From NCBI GenBank assembly GCA_951406725.2, contig OX597814.1:48174001-48238000 (forward strand): a stretch of 64,000 nucleotides of DNA, read 5' to 3'. The position numbers and the translations under genes are program-made. Below the pieces are notes generated by a model. That model saw only the letters and a list, made by a program, of their open reading frames with translations. It was not told where the DNA came from and did no database searches. This document shows positions 39,492-53,581 of the stretch, piece by piece; the first letter of the stretch is position 1; each line of letters begins with the position of its first letter. The stretch is from Octopus vulgaris (lineage: Eukaryota).

Positions 39492-39712
39492 CCCTTTAGT
39501 GTTCACATTATTCTGCCAAAATTAATCCTTTTTTATCCACATTGCTTTGAACTAATCATGCATTATTTTGTAGCTATGAGATTTTGATGAAGTAGCTGTT
39601 AATTTTTAAAACAATATTGTAGGGTTGGTCTGAGAGACCAGATCTGGCCAGTTTGAACTTAAAACAGGCAGAATACTTTTGGCCGGATATGGCCGGTTTA
39701 AATGCTAAAGGG
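39492..39712. mobile_element. TTAA-flanked piggyBac-type MITE family A (221 bp)
   Basis: TTAA|CCCTTTAG...CTAAAGGG|TTAA. Confidence 0.85.
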
Positions 39713-39716
39713 TTAA

Positions 39717-39920
39717 AGTGGTGAATGCTGCCATAACATTTGCTTTCAGTTTATCTTTGATGTTTCAAGGAGTTTTGTTGGTCTCTTGCTCAACTACGCC
39801 CCACACATAATAATCAAGGGGTTGCAGTCTAGGGAGTTAGGTGGCCAGATGTTAGGGGTGATGTGGTCGCAGAAATTGTCTGACAACCATGACTGGGTTC
39901 TCCTGCTTGTGTGGCAAGAC
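39717..39920 (-). mobile_element. Tc1/mariner (DD37D-like) transposase fragment
   Basis: Minus strand WLSDNFCDHITPNIWPPNSLDCNPLDYYVWG; matches 54656-55072. Confidence 0.8.
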
Positions 39921-40945
39921 CCCCAATATCTAAATGGTTCCTGGATGATTATCTCCAGCGAATTCCAGATAAACCATCTACCCCCAAATATATCTTGATA
40001 AACAATAACTCTCTACTCAAATGGACTATGATGCCTATAGAATGACTAATATGAAGCATCTTTAAATGTCATTTCCAGGTGGTGCTATTAAGTTAGAAAT
40101 GGCCTGGGCCAATGTTGGCCAAAACTTATCTAAGTATATTTAAATGCATGTATGTATAATGTGCTTCCACACAGTTTCCAGCAAACAAATTACTGGCCAA
40201 TCACAAAGTATTGGTCAATCTGAGGATGAGATAGAGGTTGTTTGTCCAAGGTAATTTGCAGTGGGGTTGAATACAGAGCTATGTGGCTGCAAAGGGGATA
40301 TCTTAACCACACAGAGTCGATATCCAAATGAATATCACTACTAATGCTACATGATTACAGTAATTAAGTAAAAATAACTATTATGGACAACTTGGAATTA
40401 TTGATATTAGGAGAACTATGGATGAATGCATAAAAATGTTCTCTGCCATACCTTACATCATTGTTGCTTGTTTTCGCATTTAAAAAACATGTTTATTTAT
40501 GACTTACTCTGCAGAGGAAGGGTAATACCCATGACACATGTCAAAGCCCATGAGACAGGTTGTGGTGGTAGTGGTGGTGGGAAGGAAGGTAGCTATACTC
40601 AAATAGAAAATCTGACCTCAATGTTTGCAACAATGTTTATCCTACTAAAGGCAATCAAGGGCCATGTGGTGGCATTAAACCAGGCGACAGGTTAAGTCTA
40701 CTACTTGATTTGGTTTTATGTTAATGCATTCATCATGCTTAAACAACTCGCTCATGTAGGATTGTATATCTTTCAAATCTCTGATATTCTACTACGTTGC
40801 AGGTTGATTCTAAGATTGCTACCAATTCTTAGCTACCTACCTGGGGATTAATTTCTAGTGTCTAAGTCAAGCAAACAATTGTGAATATCAAGATGCATAT
40901 CTGTTAGGTTTCATACTTTCTGTGTTGTCATTACACTCACACCCC

Positions 40946-41070
<125 letters not shown>

Positions 41071-41689
41071 TTGTTGTTGTTATTATCATTATGTATGCAT
41101 TACAAAATTCTTAGCGGCATTTCATGTCTTTATATTCTGAGTTCAAATTCTGCTATGGATGCCTTTGCCATTCATCCTTTCGAGGTCGATAAAATGAGTA
41201 TCAGTTGAGCACTGGCGTCGATGTAACTGATTTGTTCCCTCTCCCAAATTTCAGCTCTTGTGCCTATAGTAGAAAGGATTATTTTATATATACATATCAT
41301 ATAAAGTAATGTGAATTAAGGTGCATGAAAATAAATCAAGGTATATCTATTAAAATGTATTAAATCCAAAACTTGTATCATATTTTCAGCATTGATAAGC
41401 ATTTATTATGATGTCTAATGTTTGATATAAAAGTTATATCATATTGTAATAAATAAACCGATTAATGATGCTTGTATTATTCATTCACAAGGATCATACA
41501 ATCTGCTTTACACTCTGAGAGGGAAACCTTTTGTTATCAATTGAGCTAATAGCTCCTTGAGCTTCTTCTACTTCATTCTAGCTATAATGCATTCAGAATA
41601 CTTACCCCAACTAATTTGGTAACCAAGGCAACAAAAGCTATCAACAGCTTGGGAGGCTTCTGGGCATTTCAAGGAACCTATTTTGCTTT

Positions 41690-43200
41690 TTAGTGTTGAC
41701 TGATCTTATACATCTACCTCATACAAAGTCAACCAGTAATCCTGCCTGTAATCCCATACATCTCATGTGTGTCCATGGATTACACTGGATTAACTGTATG
41801 GAATCTCTACAATTCTTTTACTATGAAACAAGTATAACCATTTTCCTGATAGTATCTTTTTCCTTACTTTCTAAAGCTTTATTCTTTGCTAAGTTTTTTT
41901 TAAGGACAATTACTTTCAGATTTTGCTTCCATGTCTGAAATTTTCCTCTAAATTTTCAATGAATTCAACCATAAGCACTATGTTGTCAGTGTACAGTAGT
42001 TTCCACAGACTTCTGGACATAAATTCCTCCTTTACATTTTGGAGGAGGACCATAATCAAAAGAAAGGGGCTGAGAATCAAGTCTTGATGGACCTCTATTT
42101 GTGCATTAAATTCCTTGCTGAACTCATTGCTAACTCTTACCTTGCTGGTAGAATTTCTGTAGATGGTTTTGGCTCTCAGGAATCAGTCATCAACCCATCG
42201 TTTCTTTTGTTACTCTTTGTTCCTTCTTCCATCCAATCTTTCCAGGCTTGTCTCTTGACATCCACCATATAATCTACCATATAATTCCAGCACCATGTTA
42301 CCATCTGTCTAGCACTAGTTAGCACCCGTCATAGATCTATTCTGTTGATTACAGTGTGTTATCTCATAGAAACTCCCATTGTTAACCATGTTATAAGTCT
42401 CTATTTCCTTCTACTGTCATAGGTATCACTTCTCTGTAACTACATCTATTTAAGGAGTTTTTCAGCATCCTAACTAGCTTGTCTTGAATCTCTGAATTCA
42501 TTTAACTTTTATCTCAAGGTTGCTGGTCACTAGCCTAGATTAGATGGTATATTCTTCAACAGGCAAATACTTAGTATTTACAACCAATTTTTGCCTCACT
42601 TCCTGGTGAGTATGTAATTTATTTGGTTTATGTCCACCTGAGTGGTAGGGGATTAGGTGGCTGGCCATTGTTGCAGAAGTTAGTGTTGGAAATGGTTAAG
42701 TTACTTGTGTCACAAAACTTTAGAAGCCTTGATCCTTCATCATTTCTCCAACCATATCATAGTCTCCAGTTATGCCTTAAAGGCCATCATAGTGTTGTCT
42801 AACAGGTCTGTTACTGTCTCCTGCTGTAATAATGAGGTCACTGTCATTTGTTATCATGGTAATTTGCAAGAGAGACTCATAAAAGCAATTCTGCCATGAT
42901 TGTGGTACATACGTAGAACTATATGTTGCCATCATGTAATCCAAAATTAACCTAAGCTTAATAATATCATTACATACTCTGACAACCTCAATTATATTAT
43001 CTACCATTTTGTCTTCCAACTGTATTGTTGCTGATGACCAAGAAGAGTTTGTACATGTTTCCCTTTCCCATAAGAGATCTGGCTGAGGCTCCTCTTCATC
43101 TTACATCTTGTAGACAACACATCTACTTGCTTCTACTCCAGTATCTCTACACTCCTTTCACACCATCTTTCATTGCATTGATGTCCATGGTGTCAATCCT
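41690..43200 (-). mobile_element. Old degenerate RTE LINE
   Basis: Minus-strand endonuclease remnants (IIEVVRVCNDIIKLRLIL; HLIPYHSGGH) and RT remnant LWKLLYTDNIVL (YADD-derived) near 41975-42030. Confidence 0.7.
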
Positions 43201-44501
43201 AAAATTTAAGACATGAAAGGTAAAGTTTCTGGTAGTGGGAAGGTAGGTTGATGTTTATTTTTTGCATCCAAAAGGAAGAGAGTTTGTTTGATAGTAGTCA
43301 GTAGGATCTGACACAAGGCTTGATGTTTCTATGTAATGAATTATTGCAGATATTAATGACAGTAACTTATCAGAGCAGGATGCAAGTGAGAAGATACTCA
43401 GCCAGGTGTACCAATACGCCTCCGTTTGTAACAAGAAAGACTACACTTTGATAATGGTAGAAAAATTTGAGTTTCATGCATTGCACTTATCACACACACA
43501 CACACATGCCTGCATGCATGCACACATGCATACAAACACACACACACATATTTGTTTGTATGTATGTATGTATGTATGTATGTATGTATGTATGTATGTA
43601 TGTATGTATGTATGTATGTATGTATGTAGGCATGTATGTATGTAGGTATGTATGTATGTATGCGTGTATATGCATGTGTGTATATAAGTGTGTGTAAGTG
43701 TATGCATGTATGTACATATGTGTATGTGTGTGTGTATATATATGTATATACCAGCATATATATTTATGTATATGTTATATATATACATGCACACACACAT
43801 ACCTACATGCACATACATATATGTATGTGTATGATTGTTCATGTGTGTATACATAAATTATATACATTCATGTGTGTATGTTTTTTATGTAAGAATATAT
43901 ATAATTAGTTACTACTGTAACTAATTAAATATATCTAAGTTATTTAATTGGTTACAGTAATTAAGTATATAAATATATTTAGTTAGTTAACTCTGCAATA
44001 TGTTTTCTGGACATATTTACCTGAGGACATTCACTCGTCCCTCCTCATCGTCTTATTTCTCCCACACTGCACTCACCCATATATAATGTTGTGGGGTAAG
44101 ACTGTATCAACTACTTAACCATTCACCTCCCTCCTACTGCCTTTATCACACTAACTCTCACTATTCTTCTGACACTACTTTTCTCTTTCCCTCCTGTTAC
44201 CCACTTCCATTTTACCTTTCCTTCACATACCACATATCCACCATTGTATGATGTGAAGTAGCTCTGTGTTTTCTCCTACTCAATCCTCTCCACCATCATA
44301 TCATTCTCTAACTCTTTTTTCATTAACACCTGACATTAGTTTTCACTTTCTCTCCTATTGTCCTCTTCCCTAACACTTTCTCTGTCAGTCTCTCCCCTAT
44401 CATCCTTCAAGGTGGGAACAAAGTGGTAATTGTAATGAGGTAGGATGAGTAGGTAGACCCAATGGTGTTTGGGGTGGATCTATCTCTTTGCCATATCTTA
44501 A

Positions 44502-44722
44502 CCCTTTAGTTACTGTATTTATTTTGAGATGCTCTGTGTTTCTTTCAATTGATTTTAAATATAACAAAAAATTTAGTAAAATAACTTAGTTATCATTAAG
44601 CTAGTGTTAGGAACATAAATTGTGACTAAGTTTTGGTGGAAGATTTTAATTCAAAACTTATGAAAACAAGATATTTGTACTCAGCGCCGGAGCCGGTTTC
44701 AGCCGGGTTAGTAACAAAAGGG
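44502..44722. mobile_element. TTAA-flanked piggyBac-type MITE family B (221 bp)
   Basis: TTAA|CCCTTTAGTTAC...GTAACAAAAGGG|TTAA; closely similar to 56796-57015. Confidence 0.85.
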
Positions 44723-45311
44723 TTAATGTATTGGACAGTTCATAGTTAACCAAGACAGCTCTTATCCTCAATCTTCATTACTCTCACTCTAACACTGCCC
44801 TTTCTGTTGTTCTCTTCCTTACCATCCTCTCACAATAACCTTTTCCCTCCATCATGGGGACTTGCTTTCATTTTACATGCAGCAAGGTGACCCCAACATT
44901 GCTGGTCCAAAAAGCAATCAGAACATTCTGTAAGTGATTGATAACTCATTTGAGCAGCAATAATGTAGGGCTTGAGAGGGATATTTGCTCTTGATGTTGG
45001 CAAGGTGACATCTATAGTGCTGGTGTCATGAAAACAAATACACCCAGTAACACCAACCACTTTACTCTGTAAAGTGGTTGGTGTTAGGAAGGACAATCAA
45101 CTGTAGAAACCATGCCAAAAATGGGACACTGGAGCTAGACATGGTCCTCCAGTGATTTAAATCTTATTAAACCATGCTACTATGGAAAATGGGTTTAAAA
45201 TAATGATGGTGACAATGATATGTACACATGCACATACATGTATACATCATACATACACACACATATGTGTGTGTATGTATATATATATGTATGTATGTAT
45301 AAACATATATA

Positions 45312-45343
<32 letters not shown>

Positions 45344-45667
45344 TGTATGTATAAACATATATATGTGAGTGTGTGTGTGTATATATATGTATATATATAT
45401 ATATATATATATACATACATATATATGTTTGTATACATATATATGTGTGTGAATATATGTATATACATATATACATAGATATATATATATACACATACAT
45501 ACATTCATATATATACATTAATATATACATATACATACTTATATAAATGCAAAACTACAATAGATATGTGGTCTTCTGACCCATGCAGGCGCACAGTAAC
45601 TTCAAATAAGAAGTAACCTGCATGAAAAGCAGGCATTAAAGAATGAGGATAATGAAGACGATGATGC

Positions 45668-45716
<49 letters not shown>

Positions 45717-46009
45717 GAAAGTAATCAATTTTGTCTGTAATCTTTAGCATTCTGAGACTAATATCTTCTGTAATATACTTCATCTCATCTTTAATACCAG
45801 TATATTTAGAAACAGTGAAACAAGAGACTGTTGAGCTATATTACATGTTGTTGTCGACCAGTAGATGAGATAGTATGCAGTGTGTACTATCAGCTGCCTT
45901 GCATATGTTTGTTAAGTATTCAGTAGCCATAAACCACTTTCAAGCAGCAATCCATTTATTTAGTTAGCAGTCTTCTTTTGTAAATGATTCTGTATCTTGT
46001 AAATGATTC

Positions 46010-46480
46010 AAGAAGACAGATTCTATACAGATTCTCATATTTCAACAATGTGCTTGCTATTTTACATATCATTGTTGTAATATCAAAGTTTACAGCAATA
46101 ACAACACCCACATTATGTATTAATAAAATTAAGTATTGTACATATTACAATATATTCCTCCATGAAAACAGATTCTATGAAGGTTCTCATATTTCAACAC
46201 AGTTCATTATTTAACAAACCTTTATTTTGATAACAAAGTTTACATTTATGTGTCAGAAGCAAAATCAACATCCACATTATGTATTTACTAATTACATATA
46301 CATACAACCATACTGCAGTATATTCCTCCAAGAAAACAAATTCTAAGAAGATTCTTATCTTTCAACATTTTGTACACATCTTTGTTTTGTTAATAAAATT
46401 TACAGTAATAGGTCAAAGCAAAGTCAACAAGACATGATATATGAATTAATTGTATATTGTGTACATTTCAATATATTTAC
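46010..46480. repeat. Diverged AT-rich triplication (units about 150-170 bp)
   Basis: Anchor ACARATTCTA..TTCTYATMTTTCAACA recurs at 46016, 46168 and 46336. Confidence 0.7.
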
Positions 46481-47093
46481 AATGTACACATTACAAATTA
46501 TACATGTTAGTTATTTTGCATATCAGGTTTCATGTCTGTGTTATGACTGAGAAAGATCTGATGAGATTTTATATTCGATGAAAGAAAATCTGTATTGTAG
46601 ATAATGAAGAAGTTTATGATAAACTGACTAATATGTAAAAGAACTGAAGATAACAATATGTAAGAAACAAATGTAATACTATACAGGATGTTACAGATAA
46701 TGCATGATTGATAATAGTATATTATAAATATCAGGATGGCTACTCTCAAATGATGACTAAAACTGGTAAAATAATAAAATCATAGAAAAAAAAAACATGT
46801 GTAAGAAAGCACCTGGTTGGAGATATTTAATAAATAATAACAATCAATATGTGATATCTGAAATGTACTTGAAAGGCAAGTGAGCTGATCCATGACTGTG
46901 TGTTGAAACTAAAATACATATGTACATGAAAGGCATACATGAAAGACACAAAAATTTTAACACCAAATAATGTTTAAGTGAAGTTAACAGTCTTGAATGG
47001 CTAACAATATACAACAGGTTGCAGTGATCAATATGTAACATGAAGCAGAACGTGCTACACAATAAGCATTACAACCCAAGATGTAATATATAA

Positions 47094-47989
47094 CAGGGTG
47101 TCCATGATAGATTCAAAGATTTGTTATGTCTCCTTTTTTCAGCTTGATGTATTGGTGAACTGTCAATGGTATTGGAGAACATAAAGATTAAAGTTGTAGT
47201 TGAGAAAAAATTAAGCTGACATGGAGGGTTGGAAGCCAGCTGAAACATTGTAGAGTAACCTGTATCATGATGATTTGAGCTGGGTATCAAAATGCTGACA
47301 TCATGACTGCTGCTCCAGGCTTTGTGAACACTGTAAAGACTGTAAGATGTAACATGGGCGGGTGCAACAGAGACTATGAAGATATGGCCAGTAGGAACCA
47401 TTATGGTTTTTAAGAGTGTCTCCAGTGAGGGCGACGTTATGCTACCCCACATCTTTGAACAGGGCTTAAGGCTAATTCAGACAACTATGTAAATCTGCTG
47501 GAGACTATGGTCAAACCCTGGCTAGAGAGGATTGTTGCTGGAAGGCCATATGTGTGGCTGCAGGATTCGACTCCTTGCGATACCTCTGTAAAGAATCAGA
47601 AGTGGTTGTCAAAGAACGTCTATGACATCACCAGCAATAATTTCTGACCTCTTAATTCCCCCAATTATAGTATCCTGGATTATTATGTGTGGGGTGTGGT
47701 TGAGAAAGACACCAATTACTCTGCCTGCAACACTAAGGCTGAGCTGGTGGCCAAGAACAAGGAGGTGTTCAAAGAGACTCAGTAAAGCATGCAGCCACCG
47801 AGTTCCAGAACTGTCTTGAGGCCATGGTGGAAGCTGAGGGTAGCTACCCAGAGAAAATTATCTCCCAGTCATAATCTAGTTGATTTTTTTTCATTTTTTA
47901 AAAATACTTTTATTTTTGAATGGGATCAAAGGGATTTTGTGTTTTCTTTTCTTTTAATGCAAACTGTCCAATTTAGCCTGAATGCCCTG
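47094..47989 (+). mobile_element. Degenerate Tc1/mariner (DD37D-like) transposon
   Basis: CAGGG-type imperfect TIRs; VSSEGDVMLPHIFEQG..KPWLERIVAGRPYVWLQDSTP..LDYYVWGVVEKDTN. Confidence 0.8.
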
Positions 47990-49470
47990 AGTATAGAACA
48001 AAATTTCATAATAAAAAGCAGAGAACAATATGCAATAACCAACGGATAACATTTTTAATATAAATACATAATAATATATAATATACATAAGGTGGTGACC
48101 TGGCAGAATCGTTAGCATGCTGAGCAAAATGCTTAGGGGCATTATGTCTGTTTCGTGTTCTGGGTTCAAATTCCACCAAGTTTGATTTTGCTTTTCATCC
48201 TTTCAGGGTTGATAAAATAAGTACCAGCTGAGAACTGTGATCAATATAATCAACAAGCCATCTCCCCTAAAACTGATGGACTTGTTCCAAAATTTGAAAC
48301 TAATATGTAATGCATATATGAGAACATCTGGTAATAAGCAGCTTAGAACAATATAGATATTTATATAGAAAGACCTATGTTTTCCTCTTTTTCTGATTGA
48401 ATCTCCTGGATTTGACATGTGTAAAAGTGCTTGACTGCTACTCATTATCTTCTGAATTCATGATTTGCAGGGTATAAATTGCTTTAGGTAATCTAAATAA
48501 CTCTGAAGGGACTTGAAACTGCATATAATGCTGATTTGTTACATAGGCAAATAAGTCACAAACTTTTGAGGAAGAGTACAATTGATTTTATCAAACCTCC
48601 ATGTTTAACTGCTACTTATGTTAGTGACTCCTAGAAGGTTAAAAGGCAAAACTGAAACTGATAGCATTCAAACTCAGAACATAAAGGTACATAAATAAAT
48701 ACCAGCAGCAATATAACATTAGAAGAAAAGGAAATGATTTTCAAATATCGAAACTTGCCTTTGGCATTTAATTTTGACCATGAATCATGTATAGTGCATA
48801 TCAGCCAACATGTACATTGACTTGGCAGGTAACATTAATCAAGAAATTCTTTTCTTGAATAGGTATAATACCATTATATCTACTCAAAGAAATTCCATTA
48901 TATCTCTTGAAAGCAAGAAAACATTTGGCCATGAGCACATTCCTGAAAAGTGACTGAACCATGATGAAGTTCAGACTCTTAGTATTTCTCAATTATTTTT
49001 GGTCTATACACCTAGCAAAATTAATATAAGTTCCTGAGATCTTTTCTCATTTTCAAAATAAATCTTAACAAATCCCATTCTCTTGACTATTCTGTCAGTC
49101 AGACTCATGTAGGATTTTTATTTCTGTAGTCAATAAATATATAATTTCTCTCTTGAATTTTCATTTCCTATGACCACAAAATATCTTCCTAAAATCCTTC
49201 TCCAAATATAGTGTTAAAAAATTCATTCTTCATACTCTAGAATTGCTAGAGCATCAGATGAAATGACTTGCAGTATTTATTGTGGAAGTGAAGTAAAAGG
49301 CAGGTTTCTGTGAAGCCATGCTATAAGTGGCTGTCAGTCCAAAGTAGTTGAAAACTAACAAGCAGAATGTACAACGGAAAAAAAATCAAGCACATTCATG
49401 TATGTTTACCTATCTATCAATAAATGTATGTATGTATCTGTCTATATATGATCTCACTACACTTTACAAT

Positions 49471-49783
49471 GTGGAGGTGCAATGGCCCGGTGGTTAGGGT
49501 AGTGGACTTGCGGTCGGAGGATCATGGTTTCGATTCCCAGACCGGGTGTTGTGTGTGTTTATTGAGTGAAAACACCTAAAGCTCCATGAGGCTCCGACAA
49601 GGGGGTAGTGGCGACCCCTGTTGTACTCTTATGCCCAACTTTCTCTCAATCTTTCTTCCTGTTTCTTGAGTAATGCTGCAATGGACTGGCATCCTGTCCA
49701 GCTGGGGAGGAACACATACGCCACAGAAACCAGGAAACCGGGCCCATGAGTCTGGCTAGGCTTGAAAAGGGTGAAAAACAACC
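49471..49783 (+). mobile_element. tRNA-derived SINE family 3 with 11-bp TSD
   Basis: A-box TGGCCCGGTGG, B-box-like GGTTTCGATTCC; TSD CACTTTACAAT at 49460-49470 and 49784-49794. Confidence 0.85.
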
Positions 49784-50716
49784 CACTTTACAATAGAATA
49801 TACTTTGGCAATTTACATTTTTAATTGCTTGATTTTTCATACTCATTTCTGTATAGCTGTTTTTTTTTATATATTTTCCATTTTCAAAGTTGTATATTTT
49901 TAGTCCTTCATATTTCTATAGCTTCTTAAGGCACTCACCATTATTGTTCTTCATCTTCTATAGCTTTTTGAGGTATTTACCTTTGCAATTTCTAACTACC
50001 TTTGGGAAACAACCTATTCCTAACACTATTTCTATGTTAAAAGTTATACTCTTTAGAACTTCTTGCAACCAAAATAGAATACCTAAATATCTATGCAATA
50101 ACAGCTCATATGTCACCAAGAATTTGGAAACTGAATTTGTCTTCTGACTATTGCTTTGCTTAAGCTGAGCAGGAAACTTGAAGGAACAATTTGTTAATCT
50201 GAGTTGCCTATATCATTATCTGTGTGTGTGTGTGTGTTTGTGTGCATGTGTGCGCATGCGTGTGTATGTGTGTGCATGTGTGCATGTGTGTGTTAGACAT
50301 TAACTGAATCTGTATAATACTGTTTACTAATGAGCTGCAAGACAGACTCTTTTTGCTTAGTTGATGCTTAGCAGTTTTTACAACTGTTGCATAAATGTCT
50401 TTTCAGTTAAATGCAATGTAGAGTCTTGACAGTTGTCATTTTATTCAGATGTATGTATCTTCTGACAATCAGTAGAAAGATACTGCATCACAATTGGCAG
50501 CTATTTATTCTTTTAGTTGGTGACAATCTATTAACTTACATTGGTTCCTTCTTTGACCATGAGAGGCTAACAAGACTAGCCTTAGAAAAACAAACTTGAC
50601 TACAAGTTAAACTTTTGATTGGATGATTTATATCAATTGGGTTTCCTCTCTGTGCATCTCATTTGAATTTTGAATATTTTATATGATTCTTTTCAAAATA
50701 CTTAGATGCACTGAGT

Positions 50717-50969
50717 GGAGGCATGTGGCTTAGTGGTTAGGGTGTCAGTATCATGATTGTAAGATTGTGGTTTCGATTCCTGGACCGGATGACGCGTTGT
50801 GTTCTTGAGCAAAACACTTCATTTCACGTTGCTTCAGTCCACTCAGCTGGCAAAATGAGTTATGCTGCAATGGACTGGCGTCCTGTCCAGCTGGGGAACA
50901 CATACGCCATTGAAACTGGGAAACCAGGCCCATGAGCCTGGCTAGGCTTTAAAAGGGTGCATTTATTTA
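50717..50969 (+). mobile_element. tRNA-derived SINE family 3 variant with 15-bp TSD
   Basis: A-box TGGCTTAGTGG and B-box; TSD TTAGATGCACTGAGT at 50702-50716 and 50970-50984; 3' half shared with the 49471 copy. Confidence 0.85.
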
Positions 50970-51397
50970 TTAGATGCACTGAGTATATTTTTCTTCATTG
51001 ACTCACTATCAGTTGAATTTTTTTTCCCAAATTTCCATATGAATGTTACTTGTGTTTCAGATCATAATTTCAGCAATCTTTGTATCTTAAGTTTGATTTG
51101 CAAGGGAGTCTTTTACTTAAACTTTGTTCTTTCTACAGGTGATGCTCTTGAATTCTTCTATCTTCTATTTTTCATGTGGACTATATGGGTTTCTCATCTC
51201 AGTCTACTACATTGCAAGAGAATTTTCATGCTTGCATTGGCTATCTTCAATATTTCCAAGACTTTCAACATCAGTTACATAGTCTGTCTGTTTTGATAAA
51301 AATAAAATAAAAATACTGCTTAACATATTTTGAATATAATGACCATGTTTTACTGGCATACACAAAACAGGCAAAATGCATGGTTTTGAAAATCGAT

Positions 51398-51694
51398 ACA
51401 GGTGCTGGCATAGCTGTGTGGTTAAGAAGCTCTATGTAACCATGTGGCTTTAGGTTCAGTCCCACTGTATAGCATGTATGTTCTTGTGTTTGTGTTTGTC
51501 CCTCCCACTGCTTGAAAACTGATGTTGGTTTGTTTACATCCCCATTACTTAGCAGTTTGGCAGAAGATACTGGTAGGATAAGTACCAGATTTAAAAGAAA
51601 AGTACTTAGGTTAATTTGTTCAACAAAACAATTCAGGTCAGTTCCCCAGGATGGCTGCAATTCAATGACAGAAACAAGTAAAAGATAAAAGATA
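51398..51694 (+). mobile_element. SINE family 1, older internally deleted copy
   Basis: Head with B-box GGTTCAGTCCC and tail GAAACAAGTAAAAGATA. Confidence 0.7.
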
Positions 51695-52668
51695 GTTATT
51701 TGTTATATGTTTGAGACCATAGTTGGGGGGGTTGAAATTTTCCAAAAGGAATCCATGACATCTCAATTCTATCTGCAATTTTGTAACCAAGAATTGCATC
51801 CCTGTTCAAGGAAGGTTTTTCAAACTTTTTACCATATACTATTATTTAAGAATCCACACCAGGCTTTCTATGACAAGGATGATAAGAAGAAACAACAGTT
51901 TTATAAAGAAATATTGTCAGGCCAAATATTTAACATGTGAATAAATCTTACCTTTGAGTGTTTGGAGATCTTTTACTCTTTGTGTCACAATGTCTCACAC
52001 ACACACACACGTATGTGTATATGTGCATATGTGTATATACATAAATATGTGTGCATATTTGTATGTATGTATGTATGTATGTATGTATGTATGTATGTAT
52101 GTATGTATGTGTGTGTGTATGTGTGTGTATTGGTAATTGTTGGTATGTGTTAAGAAGAACACCAATCTGTAAAAAACTTAATCCGAATTGTACAGCATAT
52201 GCTTTCATATGCTGGCACAGTTACAAAAGTGACTGCTGTAGGTGAACTGATTGCTTTAACACATGCAAATACTTCATTAACATATGTGAAATGAAACGAT
52301 AACAATGATGATGATGATGATGATGATAATGGTGGTGGTGGTGGTGATGATGATGATAACAACAATAGTGATGGAAGCTGTGGCAGTGGTGGTGGCAGTG
52401 TTGATGAAGTACATGGTGATGACAACAATGTTGGAAGTAACAACAGTTATTTTTATATCAATTCATCTTATTGAAATATTATTTTCAAATTTTGGCACAA
52501 GACAGCAATTTCTGGGGAGCAGGTAAGTCAGTTATATCAGACCCAGTGCTCAACAGGTACTTATTCTATTGATTCTAGAAAGATGAAAGGCAAAGTTGAT
52601 CTTGGTGGAATTTGAAGTCAGAATGTAAAGGCAGGCAAAATGCTGTTATACATTTTGCCTGGTGTGCT

Positions 52669-53362
52669 AATGATTCTGCCTAACCACCATCATCATCATC
52701 GTTTAACGTCCATTTTCTGCGCTAGCACGGGTTGGACGGTTCGACCAGGGTCTGGGAAGCCAGGGGCTGCACCAGGCTCCAGTCTGATCTGGCAGTGTTT
52801 CTACAGCTGGATGCTCTTCCTAACGCCAACCACTCTGCGAGTGTAGTGGGTGCTTTTTACGTGCCACCTGCACAGGTGCCAGGGGAGTCTGGCATCGGCC
52901 ATGATCGGTTGGTGCTTTTAATGTGCCACTGGCATGGAAGCCAGCCAAGGCAGCGCTGGCATCGGCCACATTCGGATGGTGCTTTTTATGTGCAACCGGC
53001 ACAGAAGCCAGTCGAGGCGGCGCTGGCATTGGCCATGTTCGGATGGTGCTTTTTATGTGCCACCGGCACAGGTATCACAACTACTATTTCCATTGATATT
53101 TATTTCGATGTTCATGTACTTGACTCAACAGGTCTCCTCAAGCACAGCGGGACGTTCTGGAATCCAAGGTACTTTGAATGGGCAGGGGCTATGCAAAACT
53201 GGTGCAGGAAGCAGCCCATGTCTTTGCAGTCACAGCATATCTCCAGAGATTTCAGTCCTTCGCCATTGCCTCAGTGAGACCCAACGCTCTGAGGTCATGC
53301 TTGACTACCTCATCCCATGTCTTCCTGGGTCTACCTCTCCCCTTGATACCTTCAACTGTTTG
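52669..53362 (-). mobile_element. RTE LINE 3' end with tandem ~60-bp GC-rich 3' UTR repeats
   Basis: Minus-strand VEGIKGRGRPRKTWDEVVKHDLR at 53285-53360, then a 3' UTR with 4 units of ..GTGCYGGTGGCACRTAAAAAGCACC.. and a (GAT)n tail. The left boundary is nearer 52685, where it abuts a SINE family 2 copy. Confidence 0.85.
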
Positions 53363-53581
53363 AAATATTATATCTTTTTGAAATATTATAAATGAAAAGG
53401 AATTGCAAAAATACAGAAAAATCATTCACTATTGAAAATTAATTATGATTACTGATATCTGTAGAAAACATTGCAACTGTTGTTGAGCAGCTGTAGTCAG
53501 TTCTCTTTGAAACAATCTCTAGTAATGGTGAGGAACCACTCACGCATGTAGCTTTTTCACTATTCATATTTGGAACCACTT

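Noticed and set aside
43398-45536. Many YIHT/MYVC/poly-Y/poly-I ORFs (also at 23085, 40922, 51948, 55215 and 55722)
   Set aside because: Translations of microsatellites.
48758-48941. Minus-strand exon with a GC donor
   Set aside because: All three frames contain stops and I recognise no protein.
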